Positions 45,421 to 57,363 of a stretch of 64,000 nt of DNA are shown piece after piece. How positions within the stretch are numbered: position 1 is the stretch's first letter; each line of letters begins with the position of its first letter. The position numbers and the translations under genes were made by a program. The notes beneath the pieces were generated by a model. It was not told the DNA's origin. It worked only from the letters and a program-made list of their open reading frames with translations, and searched no databases. Source of the DNA: Schizochytrium sp. TIO01 (Eukaryota > Protista > Bigyra: Labyrinthulomycetes); NCBI GenBank assembly GCA_004764695.1, contig SMSO01000031.1, forward strand, positions 7,546,761 through 7,610,760. Direction: 5' to 3'.

Positions 45421-48400
45421 TTGAATTGAATTAAAAGAGAAAAGAAACCAAAAGAAACCAAAGTGCTTTTCTTTAATTTACAAAGCGGGGTGGAAGAACT
45501 AAGAAACGGAATACCAAATGCGCGGTGCACGTGAAGCACGAAGTCTTCAAGTTTCTAGCATTTTTGAGTGATACCATATAGAAAACTATCTATGGTGTAC
45601 GTCGCTGACTATAAAAAAGACCGCTCTCGCAGACAGAAGAAGTTCACTGCTTTGCAAGTTTCTCGACGGATTTGAGTAACTGACTATCAATGAACCTTTA
45701 CTTTAAGCTTTGAGTTTGTGCAAGCAGCTTCGAATTTCAAGTGTTTACAGCAAGAGAGTCCGCTTCAACTCGAGGCGAATGCGTTCGCCAATATTCGCAG
45801 AATGTAAGTATTTTCGAGTTCAATTTACTAGCCAGCGCCCGCTAAAGGGGCAATAAGTTTGCATGAAATCTTCCAGAGATTAGACTCCACTGTCACCTCG
45901 AAAATCTAAACCGAGGATTGAAGCGTCGATTACTGACATGGAGCAAGAGTAAGTCTTCATGAAGCGCGGTTCGATCCTTACGCGATCATCGAGGAAGGAA
46001 GAGATTAATCAATCCAACTGAAGCATGAAAAGTATTACAACACGAACGAGAACAAACGACAGGCATTTTCGAGGTCAGTCAGCGCAGAATCGGTTTTCAT
46101 GACTAGATCTCATGCGGGGACTGAAACCAACTTGGGTTCCAGGGGAATATACAACTAATCAATCAATCAATCAATCAATTACACAGCCAGAAAAAGGGAC
46201 TCGAACTCGGGGTTCTCAGGAGGCCAGTAGGTTTTCACACGGCCATCTCCATGCTCGAGCGCAAGTTTTCAACTTCTTGCAGCTCTGTGTAATTCGCTCT
46301 ATGCTGATTAAGTTGGTGCTCTCTCTTCGTTTTAAGAGAAGGCCTATCTTGAAGAAGGATATTGCCATGACATCTTGCACAGCCTCATGCCTTACGCTCA
46401 ATCTTCAGGCCAAATAGCAGAAGACAGACCATGATGAAAAAACGTCCCAATTCACCCCAGGCGATGTCCATTTCGTTCCACCAAATTGCCAGCACCTCAG
46501 AGACAGCTTTCTGGCTGCCTGTTCTCGAGTGGTTTTCGCAGAGAAGCACAACCACTCTCATTCTCGATCACACGCAAGCAGCCAAGCGAGCAAGTGAGCA
46601 AGCAAGATGATCTTCAAATCAAGCAGGCTTTTCCAAGAGAAATGAAATGAAATGAAATGAAATAAAACAAAAGTTAACTCATCGCGAGTCTCTGTCTGCG
46701 TTCTCTAATGTCATCCTTTCAGTTTGTTTGAGAGAAGTCTATCGTCATCTCTCTTTAAAGTCTAAGAGAAGCTGTCTCACTTCCTCTGAAATAGCGTGGC
46801 CATTTGCTCATGACTCTCTCCCTCTCCTGCTCTACTGAATAGTAATTCTAATTCTTTACCTTTCTTTTTCTTTCTTTGGAGTTAGTGGTAACACAGGGAA
46901 GAAAAAGAATGGCCAGAAACGAAGGATCCCAATGAAGGTGTCCACAGCTTTACACTGATCGCTGTATTGGGGGCGCCTCCAAAATGCCGCAGCAGCTCCT
47001 TCGAGGCCAGAGCAGAGGAGAGCGAGTCGCCAGCCTCTGCGTGAATGGTGATCGAGCGAATGAAATGAGTAAATGCTGGCCAAAGTCTTGCTGACTGCCG
47101 AAGCTCTTCCCTTCGCACTGCAAGCTAAAGAACTCGAAGAGAAAGCCTTTTGGGAAGAAAAGCATCAAAAAAACTCGCATCACAAACTGAGAAAATAATA
47201 AACATAAAAATAAAAATGAAAATAAAATTGAATAAAAACGTACTCTCAAAGTCGACGGCCGTGATGAAAGAAAGCACTTTGGAGGGAAGATAAAGAAATA
47301 TGCACTTCGAAGATGCTCAGCGGTAGTACAATAAACCCCTCCCTGAGAAATGTGAATATCCGTCCATCCTTCTGAGGCACCTCACCTCCGAGTAACAGTG
47401 GAAGAACATCGAGAGCCGTCCGGAACCGCCGAGGGGACCGAGAGAAACTGATGGGGATTGGGCCTGCCCTGCCTTTACGACCCTCGTTGTTCTGGTTATA
47501 AGTCCTCTTTGAGTTTCCCTTTCGGTTCAGATGTTTTCTGTTTATTATTGTTATTATTATTATTATTATTATTGTTTTTCGAAAATGAGTAAGAATAATC
47601 TTGATGCATTTATCATCATCTTTAGTTCTTCTTAACTTCGTTTTAATTAAAATTTGATTTTTAAAAAAGTAAAAAAAGTGATCAATAACACTTGCTGGCA
47701 ATTCGTTTTCTTAAGTAAAGGAAAAGAGTTGATTTCATTGGTCCGTGTAAATCATCCCAATCTTCAACTCGCAAAGAAGCGCCACAGTCCATTCCACTCC
47801 TGCGCCACAGCCTGAAAGCTTGCGCAGCTTTCTCAGCCAAAGAAGTCACGCTGTTGCCGCAACAAGTGAGTGATCTCGCTGCTCAAATTTCACATGGAAA
47901 CCCGGAGGAAATACAGCTTGATAGCAATCAATGCGAAACCAGAAAAGCGTCTATGATGATGGCCACGGCCTTCTGATCTTCAAAGCGATCCAGGTTATAG
48001 AGGCGATGATGGCGCAATATGAAAACCTATTTGTCGGGCCTGATTAAATTACAGCATTGACCTGAAGTCTGCTCTAGGCCCTGAGTCCTGGTGCGAGGAG
48101 CACTTGCGCGCTTACGCACAGCTCGGATCACGTAGTACAACGAAGCAATGCACGACTCGCATTCGCGAAGATCCCATTTATCCATTCCCTCATTCACTCA
48201 TGCATTCATTATTCACGCACTTGCACATTCTCTGCTCCTCTGTCTCGAACGAGTGGCCGTGCCTGGTGCACGGGATGCTGCATTCTTGCGAGCGATGCCT
48301 TGAGAGCCCTCGATCGTTGGAATTTTCGATTTCCTCAATTCAATTCCGGCAGATTTCGAGGTAGGTACTGTACATTTGAGCGACTTCAAGCAAGCTAGCA

Positions 48401-51400
48401 AGCGAGAAGGCCACCCATTTCAATCATGATCTCCAGCCAGCAAGATGGAACCCCAAAACAAGAGGTCAACAACAGCCGGATCATTCTGTAGACCGCGCTG
48501 CTGTTGCCACATCTGTATTAAAGGCACCAGATCAGACACCAAATTCCTTCGCTGTCTATAGTCAGCTGCCGCCAACTTTGGGGCTATAGCCAGCCATGAT
48601 TTCGTTGTCTTGCCTTGGGCAATTTCCGAAGAGAGCTAAAATCTGCCATTCCACAACGAGCATCTCCTGCAACGCCACCCAAACCCACCCCTGACCGACG
48701 AACCGACCAAATGACTGACTGACTGACAAAATCGTTGCCGCTCTTCACCCACCAAAGCCTCCGCCAACACACCCAACCAGCTCGGATACAACTTGCTTGC
48801 TTACTAGCTGGCTGGCCACTGCCTTCCTTCCCGCGCCCAAGCAGCAGCGCAAGAGAGCTGTTACTTGTGCAAATCTGTGGCGTATGTCAGCGGAACCCAA
48901 ATTACACTAAGATATCTCCACCCTACAAACTTGCGCAATCTGAGTGCTACGTACTGCTACTGTGAGTCCTAAGTACGTAGGTACGTACGTGTGTATATAT
49001 ATATATGTATGTATGCATGTATGTATATGTATGTGGGAGTACGAGGCTTGGGGCTCCTTTTGCACGGAGAATTATGATGGTAATCCAGTGAAGTGTAATT
49101 CGTCGTTTCAAGCTTGAGCTGAGAGGAGGAAACGGGCGCATTTGCTTGCTTGCCGGCTGGCTGGCTAAACTGACTGATTGGCTGCAGCCTTTCGATGGCT
49201 TGCTGCTGTTTCCGCTGTCCAAATGTATTTATTTATTTTCTAATGAAAACGTTTTTGTTCAACTTTTTTTAATTTTAAATAAAACGTTCTTCGCGAACCC
49301 GTACGCATTCTTCCATTTTTCCTTTTTTCGTTTTTTTCATCAAACTTTTTTCAAACACTTTTTAGTTGAAAATATTATTAAAAAAAAAAAAAAAAAAAAA
49401 AAAAACATGTATATGTATGTATGTGCTGCGTAATACTTATTATCTCTATGACCTGAAACCCATTCTTCAAGCTCGAAGAAATACTAATGACATGGCCATC
49501 TTTTAAATTAATTATTTCAAATAAAAACTTATAACCTCTAACTAGTGAGAGTGAGATCGCTTTCTTCGCCTTTGAAATTGAGGAGACAGCGCGGCAGAAC
49601 TACGAGGAACTCCGCAGCTAGAGTTTAGGGTAGGCCCGCCTTAGCGCCTCCACATTACTATCCTCTGCCTCAGTTCTTCCATGCTCACAGTATATACATA
49701 CATACAGTATGCAGAATGGGAAAAGCGCAGGATCCCAATGCTTTGCCATTGGCGTTGTACGAAGAGCTGACTCAGGCTGCTCGCAGAGATGGAGATGCAC
49801 GGTCCTCGGCGTCGCCGCAGACTCGGCCCGAGCCGTGCCTGCCTGCTGCCTGCTGCCTGCTGCCTGCTCGTGGCCGGGGAGGCATCTACATCTCCGTGAA
49901 GCTTGGAGACCGCAGAGGAACATCGCTATCTTCTGTTGGAGCACGAGAAGGATGTCCAGAGGACGAGGCTGTGTGTGCTCAAACTCGGGTGCACGATAGA
50001 CGCTTCGAGAGACTGGGACGCGCAGTCGGGAGCGCATCGCCTGTTCTGCCGGCAGAGACGGCTGTCTTCTCTGCCTCAGGTTGGCCCTCGAGTTCTTCAA
50101 CATCGTTCAGAAAAAAGCAGCAAAAGACGGCCGGTCCGTGGCCTCGTACGTCGCCGGAGTTAGGCTGGCGGCCCGAAAGTGACGGCGGCTTGGAGAGCGC
50201 TGGTGTGCAGCACCTTTCGTACGCTCTCCCGCAATCCACGCGTGCCATCTCGAGGCCTGTAGCTCGCGTGGTTTCGTAGACAGTGGTGAAACCCGTGGCC
50301 AAGTTACTCAGTGAAGCGCCCCTCAGGAGCGAAAATAATCTATTATTTAATTATTATTATAAAAACATTACTATATATATTTTTTTAATTAAAATAAAAG
50401 TAGTGATCAAATTTTATTGTAGAGTAGAATATTCTATGATAGACAAATAAGAAATATACTAATTTGACGCTTAGTTTGCTCTTTATAACTTATAAAAAGA
50501 AATGAAGAAAACCCATCATAGAAACTCGCCTGCTAGCCAGCTCGGCGGCCTCTTCTTCTTCAAGATCGCGCGGAATCAATCAATCAATCAATCAATCAAT
50601 CAGTCAATCAATCCATTCGATCTCTTGCGCGACGCGAAGGCTTTCGGCAGCACACAACGGGTAAAGACAAGTTCATCAACACCGCAGCGGACACGGACTC
50701 GGACGCCCGCTTTGGTCAGCTTTCATTAGTTAGCTTCGCTCTGGTTTGTAATGAATGCCTCGCTGGAAGGCTCGCCGTGACTCCAGAAATGGTCACGGAT
50801 TGTGGCCACTTTAGCGACGCTTTGGGGCTTTTGGGTTTGTTTTGGTCGGTCCCATTTCCTGATGCTGCTTTGGCTTTTCAACTTTCAGCCTCAGCTTTGT
50901 TGCAATCTAAGTAAGGCAGTCGTGATGAGGGACCTGGAATGAAATCCGTCAAACAGCAGAATGAATGAATGAACGTCGCAGAGTCTAAAACGACAGAGAA
51001 AGCGACGATCGATTCCCGAAAGGAGCTGGCGCCCACGAAGAGCTTCTTTCTGCCGGGTGGTTCGTCTGCAGAGCGAAACTCGAGCCAAGTCTGCTTGCGT
51101 GCTTGCTTGCTTGCTTGCTTGCTTTCTTTGCTTGGGAATTAGGTCGCTCGAGACAGTTTTCAATCAATGCGCAGTTTGTGATGCAGTGCGCCATGAGCCT
51201 CGTTTGCTCAGAAGACGCGAAGAAAGCGTGTGGATTATTCCAGGGCTTGGCAGCGAAGAAGAAGTGCCCATCGCCAGAAGTAGCGAACTTCACGAGGGAC
51301 ATGGCTGTGGATGTTTTGCTCTGCTCTCATATCGTTTCCTCCGCACCGTGACGACGAAGGTGACGGCGTCCTTCTCTAAGCCCAATGACGCTATTTCCAC

Positions 51401-51527
51401 CGTCAGCTAAAGCGCACTTGGGCTGGCCGTATGAAGGAAACGAGAGGAGCTCTAAGCGTGCTCTTGATTTTGGAGCAACATAGAACCTCGACGCGAAGAA
51501 CTTTGGGTTCGCCACGTTGTGTCTGAA

Positions 51528-51590
51528 TCAGGTTCAACAACAAGTTCAACATCAAGTTCAACAGCAAGTTCAACAGCAGGTTCAACAGCT
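51528..51590. repeat. 12-bp tandem repeat (CARGTTCAACAN) x5
   Basis: CAGGTTCAACAA CAAGTTCAACAT CAAGTTCAACAG CAAGTTCAACAG CAGGTTCAACAG. Confidence 0.9.
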
Positions 51591-53164
51591 GAGCATCACT
51601 CGTGTGAAGCAAACCTTCTTGAATTCATCTGCTTGAAAAGTGCTGGCTGGCCTCAGCTGCTCCATCGCCACTCCCGCTTGGCGCACATTTGGTGTCGTGA
51701 TGGATAGCTCAGTTCTTGGTGATCGATCCTCTGGTGCTCTAAATCCAATCGCCAGCCCGTGAACAACGTCAACGCCTCTGCCGTCACGGCAGGGAAGCTG
51801 TGAAAAGCGCTACACCTGCGCAGCTTCTTGCTGTAAATTGGATACGACCTGACTAAGTCCCTACTGCCGCGTACTGCTCAGCGGCGGATGGGCTTCTTTG
51901 GAGTTGTGACTTGACATGTGAACTCCCGTGCCATTTTTTGAGCGCTTCTCTGTATGGCCTGCGCAATACGCCATTACACGCATCGTGAGCAGCCCCAAAG
52001 ACGCCAGCCCAACTCGGAGCGGAGGGAGAACCAGTGGGACGTTGGTTAGAGATAGCTTGCTTGCTTTGCTTGCTTGCTTGCTTGCTTACTTGGTGGCGAT
52101 GCTGCTCGTCGATAACGCGCCTGTCGAGAGGAATAATAAACAAGTCCTTCGCTGTTTCCGCATTCATTGATTGAGGGTTCCTGTCTCGTTACTAAAACAG
52201 AACTCTTAAAACGAAAAGACCTCCCGCAGAAGTCAACCAATCGCCAGCTGCCACGCATCGCCAACTCGTGGGCACAAAGAGCACCGATCGGTCGAAGGAG
52301 GAGGAGGAGGAGAAGAAGAAGGCGAGGAAACCTAACGTGGGCGTCACGCCTCCCTTGAAGAAACTGGAGTGCGCTCTTGCTCGAAAATCACGCCCAACTC
52401 GTGGAGACCGGAAAGCGCATTAAAGAAAAGAAAGAAAAGAAAGAAAAAAAAGAAAAAGAAAAAAGAAAATAAATTAAGAAAACACAGTCACTTTGACCCT
52501 CAGTTTTCTCAATTTTCCGAAAAGGGAAAGAACGAAGTAATAAGCAGCTGAGAAGTTTTTTATCTTGTTATATTTTTATTGTACTTTATTAGATGTTATC
52601 TCATTGTAATGTATATTTTACGTATACATGAATAAAATATCGTGTACCATGTATTTCTCTATCTATGTATCTTTAATTGTATAAACTAGAAAGGCCTTCG
52701 ATAGAAGAATGGATTGACTCGGATAAATAAAAAGAAAGAAAGAAAGAAGAAGGAAGTTTAGTGAAACGATGAGAGGAAGAGCAAAGCAGAGCAAAGAAAC
52801 AATGGTGAAAACGCATCATCATCAGAATCATCGTTATCATCAGAATCATCGTTATCATCATCCACGCCATGACTTCTTCTCTTCTTCTCTTCTTCTCCTT
52901 CTTCATCATCATCATCAGCACCGCTCGATTCCATTCAACTCGACTCGACTAACTCAAACAATCCGCGGCGCTGACTGAGCCAAGCAGTTTCCAAAACAAG
53001 CGAACGCTTCCGAAGAGCAGACAGACAGAACGAACCTGTGCCAACAATCAGTGAGTGAATGAGTGAATGATGAGAAGAGTCCAATCGACTTCTGCAGACG
53101 AATGACGTGGAGGCGAGGGTTCTTTGCGACAGACAGACCGACAGACAGCCATCGTCGAAACCTC

Positions 53165-53196
<32 letters not shown>

Positions 53197-53704
53197 TCCT
53201 GAGCCGTTCTTCATCCCGCTCGGAATAGCTCCATAGCTCTCTGATCTCTGATCTGCTGGCTTCAAGAAGTTAGTTCTTCTGTCCAAGCTCGCTGGATATT
53301 GGAGGCTTCTGAGGAGTCAGCGGCCTTTGCGAAACCAACAACAGCAAGCAAGCAAGCAAGCAAGCAAGCAAAGCGCTGCCCGCTGGCTTCGAGGCCTCGT
53401 CGTGAGCTGGCTGGTGCCGGAGATCGACCTCGAGCCCGAGCCCGTGCTTGAAGAATGCCTCAGTCAATGCCGAGCCTTAGGAGGCGACCTGGAATTGCAG
53501 CTGGAGAAAGCAGCTGCAGGAGCCCTGGCAGGATGGTCTCTGATTTGGAGCCCGTGCCACCAGCGCTGAGCCCAAGAACACGGCATCGACTTCTGCTCAC
53601 GGGGGGGTGAGTGTGCTCTCGTTATCGACGATGGCTGGCGCAAGGAGTCCTGGGGTGGGTGGGTCTAGGCCGCGGGGCCTGTATTTGTATGAATTGCATC
53701 TTCA

Positions 53705-53846
53705 GAATGCCCATGATGAATGCTCATGATGAATGCTCATGATGAATAAATATTCATGATGAATATTCATGATGAATATTCATAGTGAATGCTCATGATG
53801 ATAAATCATGATGATAAATCATGATGATCAATCATGATGAATAAAT
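53705..53846. repeat. 13-bp self-complementary minisatellite (GAATGCTCATGAT/GAATATTCATGAT/GATAAATCATGAT), ~10-11 units
   Basis: Units read directly; they contain the palindromes TCATGA, ATCATGAT and ATGAATATTCAT. Confidence 0.9.
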
Positions 53847-56800
53847 GACGAAGGCCTCGCCACGCATAACGATGCAACCCTGCAAAAACCTCAAGCTGGC
53901 CAGTCATAGGTTTGTATTAGAAATGAGTTCAGGAGACGAACTTGGATTTGATGAGCATAATGCGTGAGGGCCCTGGTGAAGAAGAAGAAGAACATGATGA
54001 TGATGATGATTATCGTTTTTTCAATTAAACTCTGAAGTTCATCCATTGTCGTTCAGATCCATCTTCTGACGAGGAGTCGGTGACTCAGTGACTCAGAAAC
54101 AAAAGAAGCCACTGAACTTGACTGGTCCTTCCGTGGTTTTATTAGTGGCACTAAGAGATTACTTACTTTTTCCTACTTACTTAGCTTGAGATTGTTATCT
54201 ACGTACTTATTTTTGCGTTTTAGTAGGAAGGTTTTAAGAAACAAACAAAGAAACTTCGATGACTTTTTGAACACTGCTACCGAGATAAGCTATACAATAG
54301 TACTATCTAGGGCTATTCACAGGTACCGTCCTATGTAATAAAAACCTCTACATTGCTTTATTAATTTATTTATTTTTAATGTGTTTTTTACTTTTAAATT
54401 GATTTATTTAAAATAATAATAATAAAATTCGAATTGAAAGGGAATATATGAAAAAAGATTTACTTTCTATAACAGTGAAAGTCTTTAAAGTCACAGTGGT
54501 GGAAGGAAGTGAAGAAAAAGAGATGAGAAAACTCGCGAAGGAATTCACAGACATCGATGATGAGAAACGAGCGATAAACACCAGGAGGTGGACTCGCAGA
54601 ACTGCTCCACCGTGATGCCTTTGAAACCAGAGATTAGTAGCGGGTTTTGTGGAGTATTTTCAAAAAGGAGACAGAAATGCTCGAGGAAGGGGATACAGAC
54701 AGTTATGAGAACTTTCAAGGTTGTTCAGGTTTTATTCGAAGAGGTGCGTTCGTTTCTTGCGAATGGGGCTAATTCGATTCATAGAATTGGGTTCTCAGTA
54801 CGGTGCAGTTACTACGTATGACCGAGAAAGCTTCTGGCAGCCCAGGGACTCTGAGGATACATACTCCTAAGGAAGGAAGGAAGGTACTTCAAACAGCTAA
54901 CCACCTGAGAAGTTTGGAAGGGCCGCTTGTTTGCATAGAATCATGTTGCTCTGATCTTTAGCGGGTAGGTGATCTTCAGCGCGTCCAAACTTTCAGTGAA
55001 AACTAATACTGACAGCTTCTTCTTTTGCGAGCTTGCAATACTTCAGTTTAGGTGAACAAACTACCTACTGAGGATTACTACCGTTACTGAATCATTGACT
55101 CTAAAACCTGTAGGTTTGCAATTTATTCTTAAATCAAGAAAGTCTCGTCCCGCCCGGAGGGGAATTCTGAGAATGACATTTGCACCCCCATATAATTCAT
55201 TTAGTCTTGCCAGCAAAGAGACAAAGTCTCTCCGCCACATGATTGGAGAATGACTTACACCCGCAAATATCCACAGAATGCCCTGTGCCTGTGAAAAGTC
55301 CTGGTACATCTAGCTCTCCCGGCGAGGATTCGACTACACGATGGAGAAGGAAAACGGCGCGGAAATACAAGTTCACAAGATCCAAAGTCGGATTTGAGGA
55401 GTAGTACTGACTCCTGAACTATCAATGAAATGGAATTATGCTCCCTGAGAAATAAGAATGTTTGCTTTTAAATAATGATATGGCATTTCATGGGGTACGG
55501 AAAGCTTCTATATCTCGAAATAATTAGATTTCTGAACAAAGTACTTCGTGACCAATTCGTAAACATTTATGCGAAGCTCATGCGATAAAAACCCAGCGTA
55601 AAGGGACTGCAGTGAGAAAGAATTGCCACAGAATTGAGCTAAATAATATCAAATTTGTTCCTGACTGAATATTGAAATTTTCAAATGATAACCCTGACTA
55701 AGGTCGCCACCCGCACGTTCTGTCTAATCCAAAAAAACAACCAGGTGGACCACCTGCATTCCACTCTCTCTAATCAAAGCTTTTGAACCACAATAAGACG
55801 TTTCCAACCAGAACTTTGTCAAAAAGAAGAGAAAAGAAGAGAATGTACGAGAACAAAACAAACAAAACAAACAAAACAAACAAAACAAGCAAACCATGCT
55901 ATCCCGGGTTCATATTCCACAAATGCTATCGCCACACCACATGGAAGGCGAGGAATGGCAAGCTACGATCTGTGCACGTGCTTGGTCACATACGGATCAT
56001 AATTCACTCAAAACTCTAATTTTTAATTTTTAGTTTCTATTGTTTCCCAGATTCCAGGAAATGGCGAAGATTTGTTTTGAGTTCAGAGAAGACTCAGTAG
56101 TACACACCAACGCGCCACTCCGGCGTGTAATATTGCGTAGTGACATATGAACAAGGGAGGATACAGGGCAGATTTAGGTCAAGACTGAGCTGAGCCTTGG
56201 TTCTTATGCAAAAGACGATAAGATACCAATGGAGCCAAAGCAAGTACACATATGCATTATTTCGATTGCAAAATATTTGACGAAGCAAATCTAATTTAAA
56301 TTAATTATTTTCACTAGGCTATAGACTCAGATTTGAAAACTGTTTCTACAAGACTCTATGTTCAAGCGCCGGCCGGATCAAAGGGTAAGTATTTCAAGTC
56401 ATGGTGAAGGTATTGAGATAACCTCAATGATGGGTGTTGTTTGCGGAGGTAGCTCAGAGGAGATAGGATCAAACTTTGCACGCTCATTTAAGTTTGCACC
56501 AGGCTTGCTCCTGACAAGCTAGTAATACAGATTGTGTCAAGCAACTCAATTCCGTGGTTCGCATCCTCTCATTACTTTTCATTTTATATTAATGTTACTA
56601 TCATTGGTATTGCTCTCCTTTTGATATGTACCTATCCTCTGATGACAACCATAGTTGAACTCAGTTGAACCCGAAATTTAGATTTATAGTGCGCTTGCAT
56701 TTGGTTTTTCATATTTAAAGAGCTTGAACACATGCGCATTACTAATGCTCCCCACTTGTGATGCACGTAACAAAGATCGTTTTTGAGTTGACCTGTATTT

Positions 56801-57363
56801 TTCAATATCGTGACTTTTATACCTTTTTTGCTTACTAATTATAAAGAAATAATACCTATATATTTTTATGTTAAAATCAAAAGAACGTAACAGACAGAAA
56901 ATGCACACTGATCCGTTGCTGCCTTTAACACAAAAACAACATACCAACGCATGAGCTCTATCTTCTATACAGCAAAAAGCATCCTCCAATCTAGGAGGTT
57001 GTCAGATTCATGTTGCTTCTATCTCAATGGACGATCACAAAAAGCATCTTTAGTTACGTTACGCTTTCTGAAGTGGGTCACTTCAACTCATTCAAACCTT
57101 CTCTCTCTCTCTCTTTCTCGCTTTAGATTCGAGAGGAAGGTATTCTCCCAAAAGGAGTGCACTCGCATACTTCAGACAGATAGACCATTTAACAGCAGTC
57201 AATCTCTGATCTAAATGAGCAATTCTTAGAATGCTTCGAAAAGATTTCTAAGAACCCAGCGAGACGTTCACAAAACGAAATAAGGTCTAGACGTAGTCCA
57301 CGAGGCTGGCATCTTGATGCGCCAAGTGTTGCCCTTAACTAATTAGCACATTGTTTTGATAAA

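Noticed and set aside
46190-46260. tRNA/SINE-like B-box GAGTTCGAGTCCC followed by TTTTT on the minus strand; also GGTTCGATCC at about 45968
   Set aside because: No cloverleaf or acceptor stem could be built, and the A-box is poor.
49618-50302. Several overlapping 90-187 aa ORFs in a GC-rich block
   Set aside because: Open in many frames because of GC content; they run through a (CCTG/CTG)n repeat and show no domain or codon bias.
52769-52978. His-rich 69-aa ORF with an 18-bp duplication
   Set aside because: Explained by (CAT)n/(CTT)n microsatellites.
54560-55400. Possible LRR/other pseudogene fragments on the minus strand (LNNLESSHNCLYPLP); similar hints at about 8250-8530, 12320-12950 and 26480-26720
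   Set aside because: Single weak motifs only, not distinguishable from chance without a search.
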